Source of the DNA: Podarcis gaigeae
Taxonomy: Eukaryota
Direction: 5' to 3' (one strand)
Length of the DNA stretch: 64,000 nucleotides
Assembly: GCA_964106915.2 (NCBI GenBank)
Contig: OZ066917.1
In this document: positions 9,853 through 22,487 of the stretch, one piece after another
Layout of the letters: the number at the start of each line of letters is the position of its first letter
Position numbering within the stretch: position 1 is the first letter of the stretch
The notes under the pieces: generated by a model
What the model saw: only the letters and a program-made list of their open reading frames with translations
Database searches by the model: none
Told to the model about the DNA's origin: nothing
Translations under genes and position numbers: made by a program

Positions 9853-11711
9853 CACGAATTCATGGAGGAACATTTGTGAAGTAGGCTAATGTTTGCTTAC
9901 ACTTACCCTCTGCTTAACAAACAAGTGAGAAGGCCTTCATGTATTGCAAGGGAAACGGCTCCATGTTAGCAATTGAGTGCTACCTTATTCTGCTTTGTAA
10001 TGTTGGCGACAGTCCTGACAGCAAGGATCCAGAGACCATCACTTCAGCCACAGATGTGGGAGCTCAAACATAAATGTTTCAGATTGCCTTCTTACACTGT
10101 ATCTCAAAAAGCAGCTAATGCCTGGAACTTGACAGAAATAGCAGTGCTATCCATCATCTGAATTCAATTCAAACTCTATACAAGGCTTCTTTATTAATTA
10201 CATGCTTATCTTAATACCCTAGAAAATAAGTTACCCAAATGAAAACGGGTAGTACGTGCTAAAAGAATGTGAGTGTACAGTAAGCATCAAATCCTTTTAG
10301 CACTAATGAATTTATACCATGCAGTTAAAAATATACAGCAGTCAGCAGAGCTTGGTTTTTTTTAAAAAAAAGACTTCAGAGTTGCACCATTAAAGTATAG
10401 CATTTGAGCCTGTCCAGTATTTCACCCTTAGCAATTGTTAATGAATATTGACCTTTGATATTGTCAATGAATATTATCTGGCAGCACAAAACCTTTCATC
10501 TGGTCATTGTACCTGGAAAAATAAAAACCCATTTACATGGGGGTGGCTATTACAGTATCTGGGATATTGTATCTGTGTTAAAGTGAAGAAATTTAGTAAA
10601 GATACTAGACAGAGATAGTAGGCAGATTATGAGTTGGTTGACTAAACAGAATGTGTGAGATAAATTAAAGGGAATACGTATAACTACCACACAAGCAAAT
10701 CAGGATGAATGCTCAATGAGCAGGTCATCTGGCCTTCTGTTATATTTTAGTGCTGTTTGATGCTTTATTGTATTTTAACTTTGTTGTAAACTGCCTCAAG
10801 AATTCTGAATAGAAAACAGGATGGTGCTGTTTTAAATAATAAGTAAAAAACAACAACCGTCAACTGTGGAGGTGGTTCTTACAAAAACCAAATCTTCAGA
10901 TTTATAAAAGGTAATCTCCTTTTTGATCTTCAACAGAGATGTGTAACTTTGATTATGGGTAGCCAAATCCTACACATGGCTGCTGTCTACTTAGAAGCAA
11001 GTCCCGATGAATTCAATGGAGCTTAGTCCCTGGGTTCATAACACTTAATATAGTTTGTTGAGAAATATATTATTATTATTAAAAATAACTTGCAAGAATA
11101 GTAGTTGTGATTCACAGCTACCTGTTTTTTTCCTCCTCTTGCTGACATACTGTGATCCCATCTTTGAACAATGCTGTTAATGGCTTTAATAATGGCTTAT
11201 ACAGTAAGTACCACAGTTTACATCTGCTATTAATCATCTAGATACTTTAAGACTACACATGCTGCCATTGTAAATGAATAAACTGAGCCATAAATCCCAA
11301 CTGATTACATGTAATTGCACCAAGCCAACAATCCAGCTTTGCTTATCTTTCATCAGCTCTCCTCCTCTAAAGTGTTTCTTTTTCTTTTTTGCAAAACCAG
11401 GGAATATATTACTTTGTTGCTTTAAAGATACCACCATAGAATTTCTAATGTGCTTTCATACTTAGCTGCTTCAGGAAAAAGGTCAGTGCATAACACTCTG
11501 TAGTCTAATGATGGACCAAAGTAAACACAGTATATCAACCATAGTGTCTCTTTTTAAAGTTAATTTGTCCTTGAAGGGCTGCTCTACCAATCCTCTGAGT
11601 GGTTTGCTTGGTGGAAAGGGTGAAAACTACCTGGGTTTTCTCCTGATTCCCATCTTCTAATGACCAGGAGGACTCTACTCAACTGGGTTCTTTATTTGTA
11701 CTCTCCCACAA

Positions 11712-11810
11712 ACTGTGGGAGGCAGTGGAAGACAGGAGTGCCTGGCGTGCTGTGGTCCATGGGGTCACAAAGAGTCGGACACGACTAAACGACTAAACAA
11801 CAACAACAAA
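11712..11810 (+). mobile_element. Bov-B (RTE clade) 3' end
   Basis: GCCTGGCGTGCTGTGGTCCATGGGGTCACAAAGAGTCGGACACGACTAAACGACTAAAC followed by (AAC)n. Confidence 0.9.
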
Positions 11811-12780
11811 CAATTCCACATTTGAGGGGAAATGATAGTAAACAGATACTGTTTTGGCTGCAATCCTAAATGTGTTTACTTGGAACACAAATGGGACTTC
11901 TTACTTCCAAGTAAGCATGCGTAGGATCATTCTGTCAGTTCCCCAAGGGTGGCCCTAAATGACCTTCAGCACTGAAATGTGACATCAAAATTTGGCAATC
12001 CTTGACGGACTGGCTGGCTGAGAGTAATAAAAGTTTTACCCAATTCTCCCACAAGTCAGTTGCCAAGCATTGTCGCAAACACTGCAACGATGAGATGCTG
12101 TCAATTAAAGTACTTAATGGTACTACATGATGCCAGCTGCCATATTCCACTCAATATTGATTGTTAGTTGTCAAATATTGAATTTTGATTCCCGCTGCCG
12201 AGCAGCTGTTAGATACTCTCAAATATTGATGGCTACTGCAGAATATTTGGATGTTAAATGCTGATACATGGTTATCACACACCTGCTAAATGTGCTCCAG
12301 AAAATCTATGGCATCAAAATCAAGGAATATAATTTTGAAGAAAAAAAAATTGGGGGCAAATTTGTTTCAGCTCTAGGCAGACTATATTGCTAGTTTCAAT
12401 GAGATGTTAAGGGTACCTTTAAATAATTAACATTTCTGTACCTAAGCTAGTCCTCTATTCAGGATAATATGCTCTGTCAAAGCACTTATTGTTAAACATT
12501 GAACAGGGTTAGATTTAGATACACTAACTTCCACCGCTCTGTTTTGAACCAAGTGTGGGCTGTCAGAAAAACTGTTATTGGCCTTGGCCCTTTGCTTACC
12601 ATTCTCTCTGCATCTAAAATACTGATATATTTCTAACACCAAAGCACCAAAGAACAGCCAAAATGACTGCAAATTGTCTGTCTACCTATAAGCATAGGAT
12701 TCAACTTTCAGTTCTGAAAATAAAAATGAAACACATGAATTTCATAATTAGACTATTCTATTGGTGTTACTTTGGTAGTT

Positions 12781-13022
12781 CAGTGGTACCTTGGGTTACA
12801 TACACTTCAGGTTACAGACACTTCAGGTTACAGACTCTGCTAACCCAGAAATATTACCTTGGGTTAAGAACTTTGCTTCAGGATGAGAACAGAAATCGTG
12901 CTTCAGCGGCGCGGCAGCAGCGGGAGGCCCCATTAGCTAAAGTGGTACCTTAGGTTAAGAACAGTTTCAGGTTAAGAACGGACCTCTGGAACGAATTAAG
13001 TTCTTAACCCGAGGTACCACTG
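12781..13022. mobile_element. pogo/Tc1-mariner-type MITE, 242 bp, reverse orientation to the other three copies
   Basis: TIR CAGTGGTACC..GGTACCACTG with TA on the right flank; repeated TAACCTGAAG motifs. Confidence 0.9.
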
Positions 13023-13159
13023 TACTACAGCCCTTTGCCATATTTTTCCTCTTAAAATCTCGATTTCTCTTTCTATTGTTAGCTATATAAACTACGATCA
13101 GCTTTGACTACTTCTTACCATGTGTCACTTTAAAAACCATTTAAAAAGAAAAACCCCAA

Positions 13160-13515
13160 TAGGGATGGACAGCTCAGTTTATTCCCTGACCGTGTCACTT
13201 TTGCATTTGGTCACTCATAGCCTATTTTGCTTCCACATGAGCCTCCATATTTTTTTTAAAAAATATATATTATAATATCCATATTAAAGTGTCCATTTAA
13301 ACAGTATTTTTAAAAGTGATTTCTCTCAAAATATGCATTTATAAATGTATTTTACCTCAAAATGCATTTTGATTTTTTTCCTTGAGCTCAAACTGTGTTG
13401 CAACAGTCAAATACATGCAAAATTCCTTCTGATGTGCACCTTAGTCTGGGTGGGTTCAGATCAAGTCCATTTGTATTATAATTTGCAAATACTGAATTCC
13501 CCAAACCATAATTGA
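13160..13515. mobile_element. AT-rich non-autonomous DNA transposon remnant (TAGGGATG-terminus family)
   Basis: Begins TAGGGATGG; homologous in antisense to 16260-16600, 22045-22394 and 60520-60812. Confidence 0.5.
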
Positions 13516-14744
13516 TTAGCTAAAGTACCCCTACATCTCAGGGAAGACAAATAACGGGCTTTCGTAAAATCCATGCATTCTAGGCAATTAAAATGTTTCA
13601 CCCATCTCTCTCTCCTCTTTCTCTCTTAAAAAAACAACAAAACTGAATATAGAAAACACATGGTCTGATTTCTTTGGGGATTTGGAAGGATATATTTCCA
13701 ACCATACCAGGTGTAGGTGGAATAACAAATGCACAGCTATTAAGAAGAACGGAAAGAAATAGCAGCTGAAATTGTTACTCCCCGAGAGCATTAGCATGAA
13801 TAGCAAGCAGTAGCTATGTTTTTGAGGAAAGTCCTGTTAAGGACCAGAGCATAGGCTAGGAAGAATTATATCATAAAAATATTGATTCACACTATAGATG
13901 AGGGCTGCACACTTGTATGCCCCCCCCCCACATGACAAACACATGAAGTGCACACTAGAAAGTGCAAGGCTTTTCTAAGTTATGGGAAGACTTCTAAAAT
14001 AGTTTCCCACATGTAGCCTTGAAGGTATATAATCAAGGAGAAATCTTTCAATGGGATCCAGATGAATTTAATTTACCAGGTTTTGTACCACTATTACTCT
14101 GATTTTCATTGGAAAGGCACAAAGTGTGGTGACTGACCAGGTGCACTATGTACTTGAAAGTGAAGGGTTGTGAATGAGGTATGCCTGCTTATGTCCACAC
14201 TGCTCTACTGCCCTCAAGATGGTGGTTTTGCCTACTGTGCTGCCTTGTAAAGGAGTAGCAGGACAAAGAGATCAATCCAACCCCCTGGCCAGAAGTGGCA
14301 GGGTTTGATAGAGTGGTGTGGCCACTGTTGTATCCATAGCCCCTCCACTCATGTTGCCCTGGGTGAAAAATAAGAAGGGGGTGGGAAGGAAAAAAATATC
14401 TCTTGGCTGTGCTATCTCCCAGGCTGATGCAGCAAGGAGGTCTGGATTGGCCATATTGACATCGTGTGATAGCAGGTCTGGCTCAGGATCCAGCAGATAA
14501 CAGCATTTTGGTGTTTTCTGCTTGCTACTGCTGGTGGATATGCCCTGGGATACATTACCCGTTAGCAGTTGCCCCACCACATCTCCATTGGGGTGCTCTT
14601 CACCACTGGGATTCCTCCAGGACTTCTGGAACTGCCTCGCTAGTGGAGGCTGACAGAGTTGTGCAGGGCTGGGCAGTGGGAGACCTGCACCTCATCCAAG
14701 CTCCTTCCAGCATGGTGCATTGGGAACTTGCATTGCTCTCTATT

Positions 14745-15012
14745 ATTATTAAAATTTGTATATGCATTTTAAAGGGGCATGGGATGTCAATCAGCCAAAG
14801 GCTTGGTTAAAGAGGAACGTTTCTGCCTGGTGCCTAAAAGTGTGCAATGAAGGCACTGGGTGAATATCACTGCGGACAGCAATCCACAAATGGGGAGCCA
14901 CTGCAGGAAAGGCCTATTCTTGTGTTGCCACTCTCCACACAAGGCACACGAAGAAGGTCCTCAGAAGATAATCTCAGGGTCAGGGTAGGTTCATCTGGAA
15001 AGAAGTGGTCCT
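14745..15012 (-). mobile_element. Old L2-clade LINE 3' fragment
   Basis: The antisense strand resembles the RAFSVAAPxLWN region of the younger L2 copies. Confidence 0.55.
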
Positions 15013-16259
15013 AATACAGTGAGTTATTTCTTCCCTCCTTTTCTTGCCTATCCTTTGACTTGCCTTTCTTGTTTATAGGAAACCTTGGCTGCAGACAGGT
15101 GACAACTGTCAGTGATCTTGCCACCTTTCCAACTCTTACCTTCTTACCTTTTTAATGGGAAGCTTGCCCTCAGCTAGTGTACAATGAAGCTTGTGCCTTG
15201 ACTCTATTAGTTACATTTGCCAATAAAACTCCTATGATTTATGGCCAGGTGTCCTAAGCTTCCTCAGATGTGTATGTCGGGGTTTTGTTTCACATTAATA
15301 CACACATACACACATGCACACTCCTATCCCGGGCTTTTAAAAAATTCAGAAAAACAGATTGGAAGATGGACTGAAACCATACACTGTTTGAGACAGCCAA
15401 TTTATAAAACCAGAGTATTTTGCAAACTCCTAACCAAAAATGCACTTTGTAAATCCAAGCATCCCGATTCTGAAATGCAGGTGATTTAAAGGAGGAGATC
15501 GAGCAATCTGAGAGAATGAAATAAGGCACGACATTATTTTGCCGCAGAGTCTGTTGCTATAGGGATTTTGCTCAATAAAAGTGATCATTCAGGGGCAGCT
15601 CTGTCCACATCACTGAAGGAAAGTCTATTTCCTGCCCAAGGCAAATTACCAGGAGTAAATGCCTCATGCAACAATTTCCTTCCCATCATTTGTACTTTTG
15701 CTGTGCTCATCTGGCATTGATATGGATTGTGAAGAGAGTAGCATAGGTCACTGCATTTATTCCAAGGCACCTGAAAATATTCTGCACTGCACAAATAAGT
15801 TGTATTCATTACATTACTTAGTTTCAAGCTGGACAAGCAGGCAAAAGCAGTCTTATTGATTTCCCTCCCCTGTGCTCATGTCAGCCTCATATTCACTCTA
15901 GTGACACACTGTGGTCTGAGAGGGCGGCACATAGGGAAATCTACCATTACATTGCATCTAATCTTGGATCATTCAGCACTGGGAGGCAAAAAGAACCCAC
16001 AGCAAATCTCCTGGATTTGCAGTATAGGCAGACTATAATAATAATATGCTTTTCTTTCTACCCTTATTTATTTTTATTATTAAAATATGTATACCACCCT
16101 ATACCTACAGGTCTCAGGGTGGATCATAGGATAAAATCACAATATAAAAACACAAAATTATTATTATTTATTAATGTAACAATCACCGCAGCACTGCTAG
16201 CAGTTTTACTTTGAAGGCCAAACCAGATATGATCTGGAATTCCAGAATACCCTCTTGAC

Positions 16260-16600
16260 TAGAGATGGGCGATAAATTTGATTTGGTTCACACTGAATTG
16301 CAAACCTACTTAACTCAGACTTTCTAAAATACACAAACTGAAACACAGGCCTCCTTTGAAATGCAGACATCTCTGAATTTTGCCATTTTACAACCAACTA
16401 ATATGTAAAGAAATTCATATTCTGGATCAAAATGTACATTAAAATGCACACATTAGTGAAACTAAAATAAAAAGGAATTGAACTAAGGGATATTGCTTTG
16501 CAGAAATGTATATACAGGATAAGGAAAAATTGCATCCAAGCATATGTAAGGTGGGATAAATATTCACAAAAGTGTTACTGAATTCCCACGAGGACTTGGT
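16260..16600. mobile_element. AT-rich non-autonomous DNA transposon remnant
   Basis: Starts TAGAGATGGG and shares internal blocks (CTGAATTTTGC, ATTAGTGAAA, GCAAAAATGTGTA-like) with other copies in the window. Confidence 0.55.
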
Positions 16601-17299
16601 GGATTGTTCATACATCGTTCCACTTTCTAAGTTGTTCCCCAACATTGCACATTATTGCTGTCTGGAGGGACACTCTTGCACTACAGTGCAACAGAAGTGG
16701 CATAAGAAACACCCTACACAACTACACAAGAAGAGCCTGCTGGATCTGGTCCAACTGTTCTCACATTTCTGTCCTCACTTACAAGCAGGTCCTAAGTGCA
16801 GCAGCAGTCTCTTTTCCTGCTGTTTTCAACAACTGGCATACTGCCTAAACTGTGGATGGCAGAGCATAGCCTTCATGGCTAGTAGCCACTGATAGCCTTA
16901 TCCTCCATGAATTAGTCCAATTGTGTCTTAAATCCACCCAACCCTAGAACATACATGGTATAAAAAGTTCCAGAATTTTAGCAGGAAGCTACAGGAGATG
17001 CACCAATTGGAAACAAAGCAGGATAACCACTCCAAAACTTTTGCAGGCCCAAGCAGGGCCATGCGTAACTGATCTGATACTATCAGGAACACAAATCATG
17101 AATGCTCAAAGAAAATGATGTCTGGTGAGGACCTGAGTGATACTGGCTGGTTGTTAGACTAGGATAACAGTTCTTGGAAGGAAGGTGCAGGTACACTGGT
17201 TTTGTATTCACATGTTTCTTTTACTGTATAAATCAGGCCCACACGGTCTGTGTGATTGTGGCAGCTCCATGCTTAAATCATGTGGAAGTGATGTTGCCA

Positions 17300-17468
17300 G
17301 TTGCCATTGTAGCTTGGTGGTAGAGCAGCTGCTTTGCATGGGAAAGGTCCTGGGTTTGAATCCTAGCATCTAGATAGTTTGGGGAAGACTGCTCTCTACC
17401 AGTCAGTGCCAACAATACTGAATTAGATGAACCAATGACTTTTTGCAAGATAGCTTCTTATGTTCCTG
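17300..17468 (+). mobile_element. tRNA-derived SINE (Squam2-like), degenerate
   Basis: TAGCTTGGTGGTAGAGCAGCTGCTTTGCATG..GGGTTTGAATCC head and ..CTTATGTTCCT tail; paralogous to 32925-33097 and 55205-55385. Confidence 0.7.
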
Positions 17469-18363
17469 TGTAGTGTGGCCCTGGGTGCATATGGTTGAGC
17501 CCTTTTGCTGATAACCACATTGCCCTCTGGCTGAGGAGGTTATCGTTCCACCTACAATCAGTTGCAAGAGATTTGCTGTGGAAAGGTAAAGTAAGGTTTT
17601 TCTTTAATTACTGTAAATCTGTCAAAGGAAACAGCTGAATCAGTTCTACAGCTAGAGAGTGAGAAAGAATGCTATTTTTTGTGTGAGGAACTTGGCAAAA
17701 TGGTTAAGATTAGGATTTACTGGACCTGCAGGGTGTTGGAGGAATAAAATGAACACTAAGCAGTTTGGAGCAGAGCAGACTGCAAAAGCTAAGATGGGTT
17801 GTTCTGAATGGAGTGAGACAAAAATATATGTTTGCCAAGCCAGGAAGACTCCCCTATCAAAATGCTATCTAATATTGTTAGCAAATGATTTATTTTCAAA
17901 CCACGGGGGCATCTGGATTGAGAATCTCAGTTCAAAAAGAAGTTGAACCCTTTTTTGAAGGAAGAAGGGCAAGAAACCTGAGACTCGCGTGGCATGTCAA
18001 AGTGAACAATGGATGCTATGGTCTCTACCATTGCAAAGTTAATTTGACTTCTCAGTGCTGTAATGTCAGAGCCGCTCATCAGTATATTCAACCTTATAAT
18101 CTCTCTATCAGGGAAATAAATATAAAATACAAGGAAGGAGGGTCTAGAAGACCACGTATCCCAGTGGTCTGCCAGTGAAGGTCAGTGCTCATTTGACTGC
18201 TAGGCCAGAAGGCAATGTCAACTGCAGGTGGAGCCAATTAATTCCGCTTTTATCCCACCCATCTCTCTGTTGAGTTCTACAAAAGTCCTTGACACTTAAG
18301 GAGCATCAAGGACTGGTTCCCCAAACCTGGGACCCAGACCCTGGTGTTAGAGCAGGGACTAAT

Positions 18364-19206
18364 TGTCAGGGTCTAACACCAACCCTGCAAGGTACACTGC
18401 CACCACTTCTGTTCAGCCAGCCTGGGTTGGGAGACTCCCAAATCTTATTGGACAACCTTGAGAGTCAAGGGAAACAAATGGTAAAAATAGGATGTTCTAC
18501 TCCCTGAACCTTAGGTTTAGCACTTACTCCGTAGCAGGCAACCAAAAGGTTAATGGTGGATTCAGTACCAAGGCTCAACCCAAACAGACAGATACAAATG
18601 AAATTGAGGTAGATACATTAAAAAGGGGGGGGAACCCTACCAGTATAAAATAGGACCCCAAGTACTCATAAAAAGTACAAACAGAAAATCCAACTGACAA
18701 GAGTAATTGGGAATTATAAATCAGACTACAATAACAAAGCTAACCTTATGCATACAACAAATTATTCCTATAATCCAGACTTGGGTCCCCAGGTATTGTT
18801 GGACTACAACTCCCAGCATTGCTAGTGAGAAGGGTCAGCAGCCAGGGATGATGGGAGTTGTAATCCAACAACATCTGGGGACCCAAGGTTGAGAAAGGCT
18901 GCTATAATCCATAGCATGAAAGGCATGGTGTTGCGAAGAGACAAGATGAAAGAGAGATGCACAGCCTTCCCCCCCACAATAAGGCTAGCTTTATAGTAAA
19001 CAGCAAAGCAACTGGGTAGGTCCCCTAAACCAGTCAGAAGGCTTTGAAGCAAGAACTTTCCAGTACTTTTGTGTACATGCATTCCCATGTGGCTATGCAA
19101 CTGGAACCACCTCCCTATTAGGAGGCCTAATCCCTGGCCTTGAAGCACAGCTACGTCAGCCTGACGAAATCATCCAAATTAATGAGAAGCGGCCATTTTC
19201 CTGACA
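18364..19206 (-). mobile_element. LTR-like sequence (Gypsy/ERV-type), no TSD seen
   Basis: Termini TGTCAGG...CCTGACA give TG..CA ends with a 7-bp IR; TATAAA on the minus strand near 18930; ~840 bp including a nested MITE. Confidence 0.55.
18776..18901. mobile_element. hAT hairpin MITE nested in the LTR
   Basis: 8-bp TSD CTATAATC (18768-18775, 18902-18909); inverted arms TTGGGTCCCCAG..ACAACTCCCA / TGGGAGTTGT..CTGGGGACCCAA; left TIR partly deleted. Confidence 0.88.
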
Positions 19207-19259
19207 ACAAAAAGGAAACTGACAGCTAGTGGCATACCCAGGTCTGGTTGTAAGGTCTT

Positions 19260-19400
19260 CACAGCAGAGAGTAGGGGAGGCTGGTCTGTGATTAGGGCAA
19301 GTGAGGACCAGCTGGAGGCAGACTGATCTTGGCAGGGCAGAGCTCCACCTGCCTCTCACTTGCCCTAATCACAGACCAGCCTCCCCTACTCTCTGCTGTG
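19260..19400. repeat. Perfect 46-bp inverted repeat with 49-nt spacer
   Basis: 19260-19305 is the exact reverse complement of 19355-19400. Confidence 0.95.
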
Positions 19401-19954
19401 CTGAAAGCTTCACCTCTTCATAAATGGTACCCTCACCCCAAGTCAAGGCTAGTCAAATGTTGGCAACTGAAGCAGAAATACGACACATTTCACTGGGAGT
19501 AAAAATACAGTCACAATGAACTGATTAACTATCAGTGTGGTGCCCTGCAAAATCAATTGCCTGAGCCAGCTGCTTCATTCCACAATAAATCCAAAAAGTC
19601 AATCCAGATTGTCATGTACCATAACCAGTAGAAAGGAAAAGCTATAGCGGTATGTATTCTGGCCTGAAATAGGCATTCAGACCAAGTAGCTCCTGGTGAT
19701 CATACAAGATTCACACAATTAGGGTTTTCCATTGTTCTTTCTTCTGTAAAATAACATCACATGGGGTGCTCTCCCATTTTAATTAGATTTAATTCTCTAA
19801 TGTATTATGCATGGGGCTTCCAGTGAAGACTTTCCAGTTAGTTCAGAACACAGTTGCTAATTGGGACTGGCCTTCGAGAACACATCTCACCAGTTTTTGA
19901 AACAATTTCACAGTGAGCTGGCCCATTTCTAAGCAGAATTCAAATCTGTGCTGC

Positions 19955-20560
19955 TTACCTGAAAAGACTTGGGAACATCTTCTCCCAGATCTGCCTCCTT
20001 TGCAGATAGATGTCAGAGGCCCTTCTCCACAGTCTCCTGCCTTCTGAGATCAGGCAGGTGGTGACCAGGGATGGGACCATTTTGACTTGTGGCTCCTCAT
20101 ATATGGAATCCTTTCTTAAGGGAGGCTCAGGTCTACTGCTATGTCTTTTTTGGGACCAGGCTGAGACACTTATAGTTCTCTTTAGACCTTTGAATTGTCT
20201 TTTATTAGCTGTGAGTCCCAAAACACCTGCTCCCTGCCTTGCAGGCCTTTCCTCACCTAGCCTGGGAGGGTGGGGCCTTGATTGACTCCAGCTGCAAAAG
20301 CTGAGGCTGCTGAAGAGACTCTTGGGCTGGTGTTTTGTTGAGGGAAGGGGGAAGTTAGTGCTGTTATTGAGATTAATATTGTGGATCTTTGTTTTTTAGA
20401 TATTATTAAGAGTTATGTGGAAACCATTCAATTTGGTTGTGTGATTTTTGATGTGTTTTATTTACTGTTTATGACAACTTTGGCTATGTTTGTAATTAGC
20501 TAAAAAGAAATATGCTGTAAGCTGCCTTGTGAATGGAAAGGCAGCATATAAATAAAATGA
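19955..20560 (+). mobile_element. Old L2-clade LINE 3' fragment
   Basis: Degenerate YLK..L..EALL..EIRQVVTRD..W region ending in TGTAAGCTGCCTT..ATATAAATAAA. Confidence 0.5.
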
Positions 20561-20701
20561 GGGAGGGAGGGAGGAGTTATTTTTCTGCATTTTACATCAG
20601 ATTGTTTTAACTTTGCTGCTCTTTGGTATGATTAAAGATTTTGTGTGTTTCTAAGCACCACAAGAGCTGAACTGATTTTTTTTTTAAATCAATGAGACTT
20701 A

Positions 20702-20858
20702 GGCTGCATACACACCATATATTTGGCCTCCCCACAAAGAATCATGGGAAATGGAGTTTTAGGGAACTGGTAATTGTAGCTCTGTGAAAGGTAAACTGCA
20801 TTTCCCAGGATTCTTCAGAGAAAGGCATGTGCTTCAATTCTATGGTGTGTATGCAGCC
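20702..20858. mobile_element. PIF/Harbinger MITE
   Basis: 18-bp TIRs GGCTGCATACACACCATA / TATGGTGTGTATGCAGCC with TTA on both flanks. Confidence 0.88.
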
Positions 20859-20861
20859 TTA

Positions 20862-20952
20862 GTTCAATCCTCTATATGTCTACTCAGATGTTAAGTCTGA
20901 TTGTTTTCAGTGGAGCTTACTCCCATGTAAAAGTGGATTGAATTGCAGCCTT
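20862..20952. mobile_element. Short (~90 bp) palindromic MITE family (GCAATCCTA..CTACTCAGAAGTAAG..GGATTGCAGCC)
   Basis: Related copies at ~10960-11035, 11856-11930, 31525-31615, 49255-49320, 49363-49453 and 63210-63297. Confidence 0.6.
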
Positions 20953-21035
20953 AAACCTCAAATGCTCAAAATTATTTAAATCTGAAGACAATATCTGAAG
21001 ACAACAAAGGGCATAATTCTCCCATTAAATACATA

Positions 21036-21167
21036 CAGTGCTTTTTTCTGGGGGGGGGGGGGGGTACGCATAAACATTTTGTGAAGTTTGGCCTCATTGA
21101 GGGGCAGTATTTCAATATGAGTAGGAAAATGAGAGTACCCCTAAACACTTAAGAAAAAAAAGCACCG
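21036..21167. mobile_element. hAT MITE
   Basis: TIRs CAGTGCTTTTTT / AAAAAAGCACCG; TSD AATACATA / AATACATG (7 of 8 match). Confidence 0.85.
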
Positions 21168-22044
21168 AATACATGTTTCAAAGTGTTTATGTATTTTACA
21201 TATTATGGTATAGCCATAACCCAATAAACACACACAGGACTTTGTAGAATATATAAAGCAGAATTCTGCTTAGTTTGTTACCGATAGCTACTTATGAGTT
21301 TTTATTTTTTTAAAAATCATTCTAAGCTGTTCCATTTTTGAGCTGTGGAAATTTGTTTAGCATCTTTTGTTAAATAGCACAAAAAAGATGGTTGTAAACA
21401 GTTCACTAATAGCAGCTTTATTTTTATACAAGTTAGTAGTTATACTTCATGACACATGACTAGAATATGCAACATTGTGTTGTCTTGTCCCTTAGATTTT
21501 AATCTTTCTGCAGTTATCCTTAAATCTAATTTTCAGTCCTCATCAATGTTTCCAATAAACAGGCTTCTTTTTGTATTGTCCCTTCAACATACATATTTCA
21601 TTTTTATTAGCTGATCGGTGTGAGTCATCCGATTAATTGGCATTAGTGGCAAACACACACTGTCAGCTTGGCCTTTGCAGAGAAGACTATGTTTAGAAAT
21701 GGAATGAGCTTGCAGCTGGCTTATATAATGGTGTTTCTATTTTTAGATCTCCATTATACCTAGATAGCTGTGTCCTGCCATATGATTTGTTAACAATGGG
21801 CTGACAGAAATGTGATCATTGATTCCTTTATTGTGTTTACCCCCTAAAATTCCCTGTTCCTGGACTATCAACAGGATTTACAATAGGTCTTTATGTTGAT
21901 GCAATCTGCGGGATAAACATATTCAGGAAACAGTCCCATAGAAACCAGCATGAGATTGCAATCCTGTGCTTATTTACCTGAGAACAAGCCCTATTGAAAG
22001 CAGTGAGCTATACTCCTCAATAAAAATGGGGGGTGGGGGTGGTT

Positions 22045-22394
22045 TCTATGCAGGTCACATTTAAAGGTAAATATATCAACTTTGCCCTTTTTGAAACAAT
22101 GATAAATGAAACACAAAATGCACATATGAGAGAAAGGTATGCATAAAAATGAACATATTAGTGAAAAATATACAAAAATGTCTTAGATAAGGGGAAATCA
22201 CTTGCAAAAGTGTGTTAAATTAGTCAAAACCGCATACAGAAATGTACTTTAGGAGGCACTTGCGCAAAAATGCTGGTGAAGTGTCATGAGGATTTTTTTT
22301 TAATGCAAATTGCTGCAGAAATATGGAGAACTGAATTTAAGATTGCAGAAATGAGAAACTGAGAGACCTGAAGCTGACAGAGCCTCCCATCCCT
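22045..22394. mobile_element. AT-rich non-autonomous DNA transposon remnant
   Basis: Ends CCCATCCCTA and is homologous to the other window copies. Confidence 0.6.
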
Positions 22395-22487
22395 ACTCCT
22401 CAGTAGACATGCTCGTGCTGCTGAGTGTGCCAGAATGCTTTTTGACAGTAACAACAAAAGGCACTATCCCAGCCTGAGACAGATTTA

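Noticed and set aside
17300-17375. tRNA-like sequences here and at other SINE heads
   Set aside because: Degenerate SINE heads continuous with SINE bodies; not tRNA genes.
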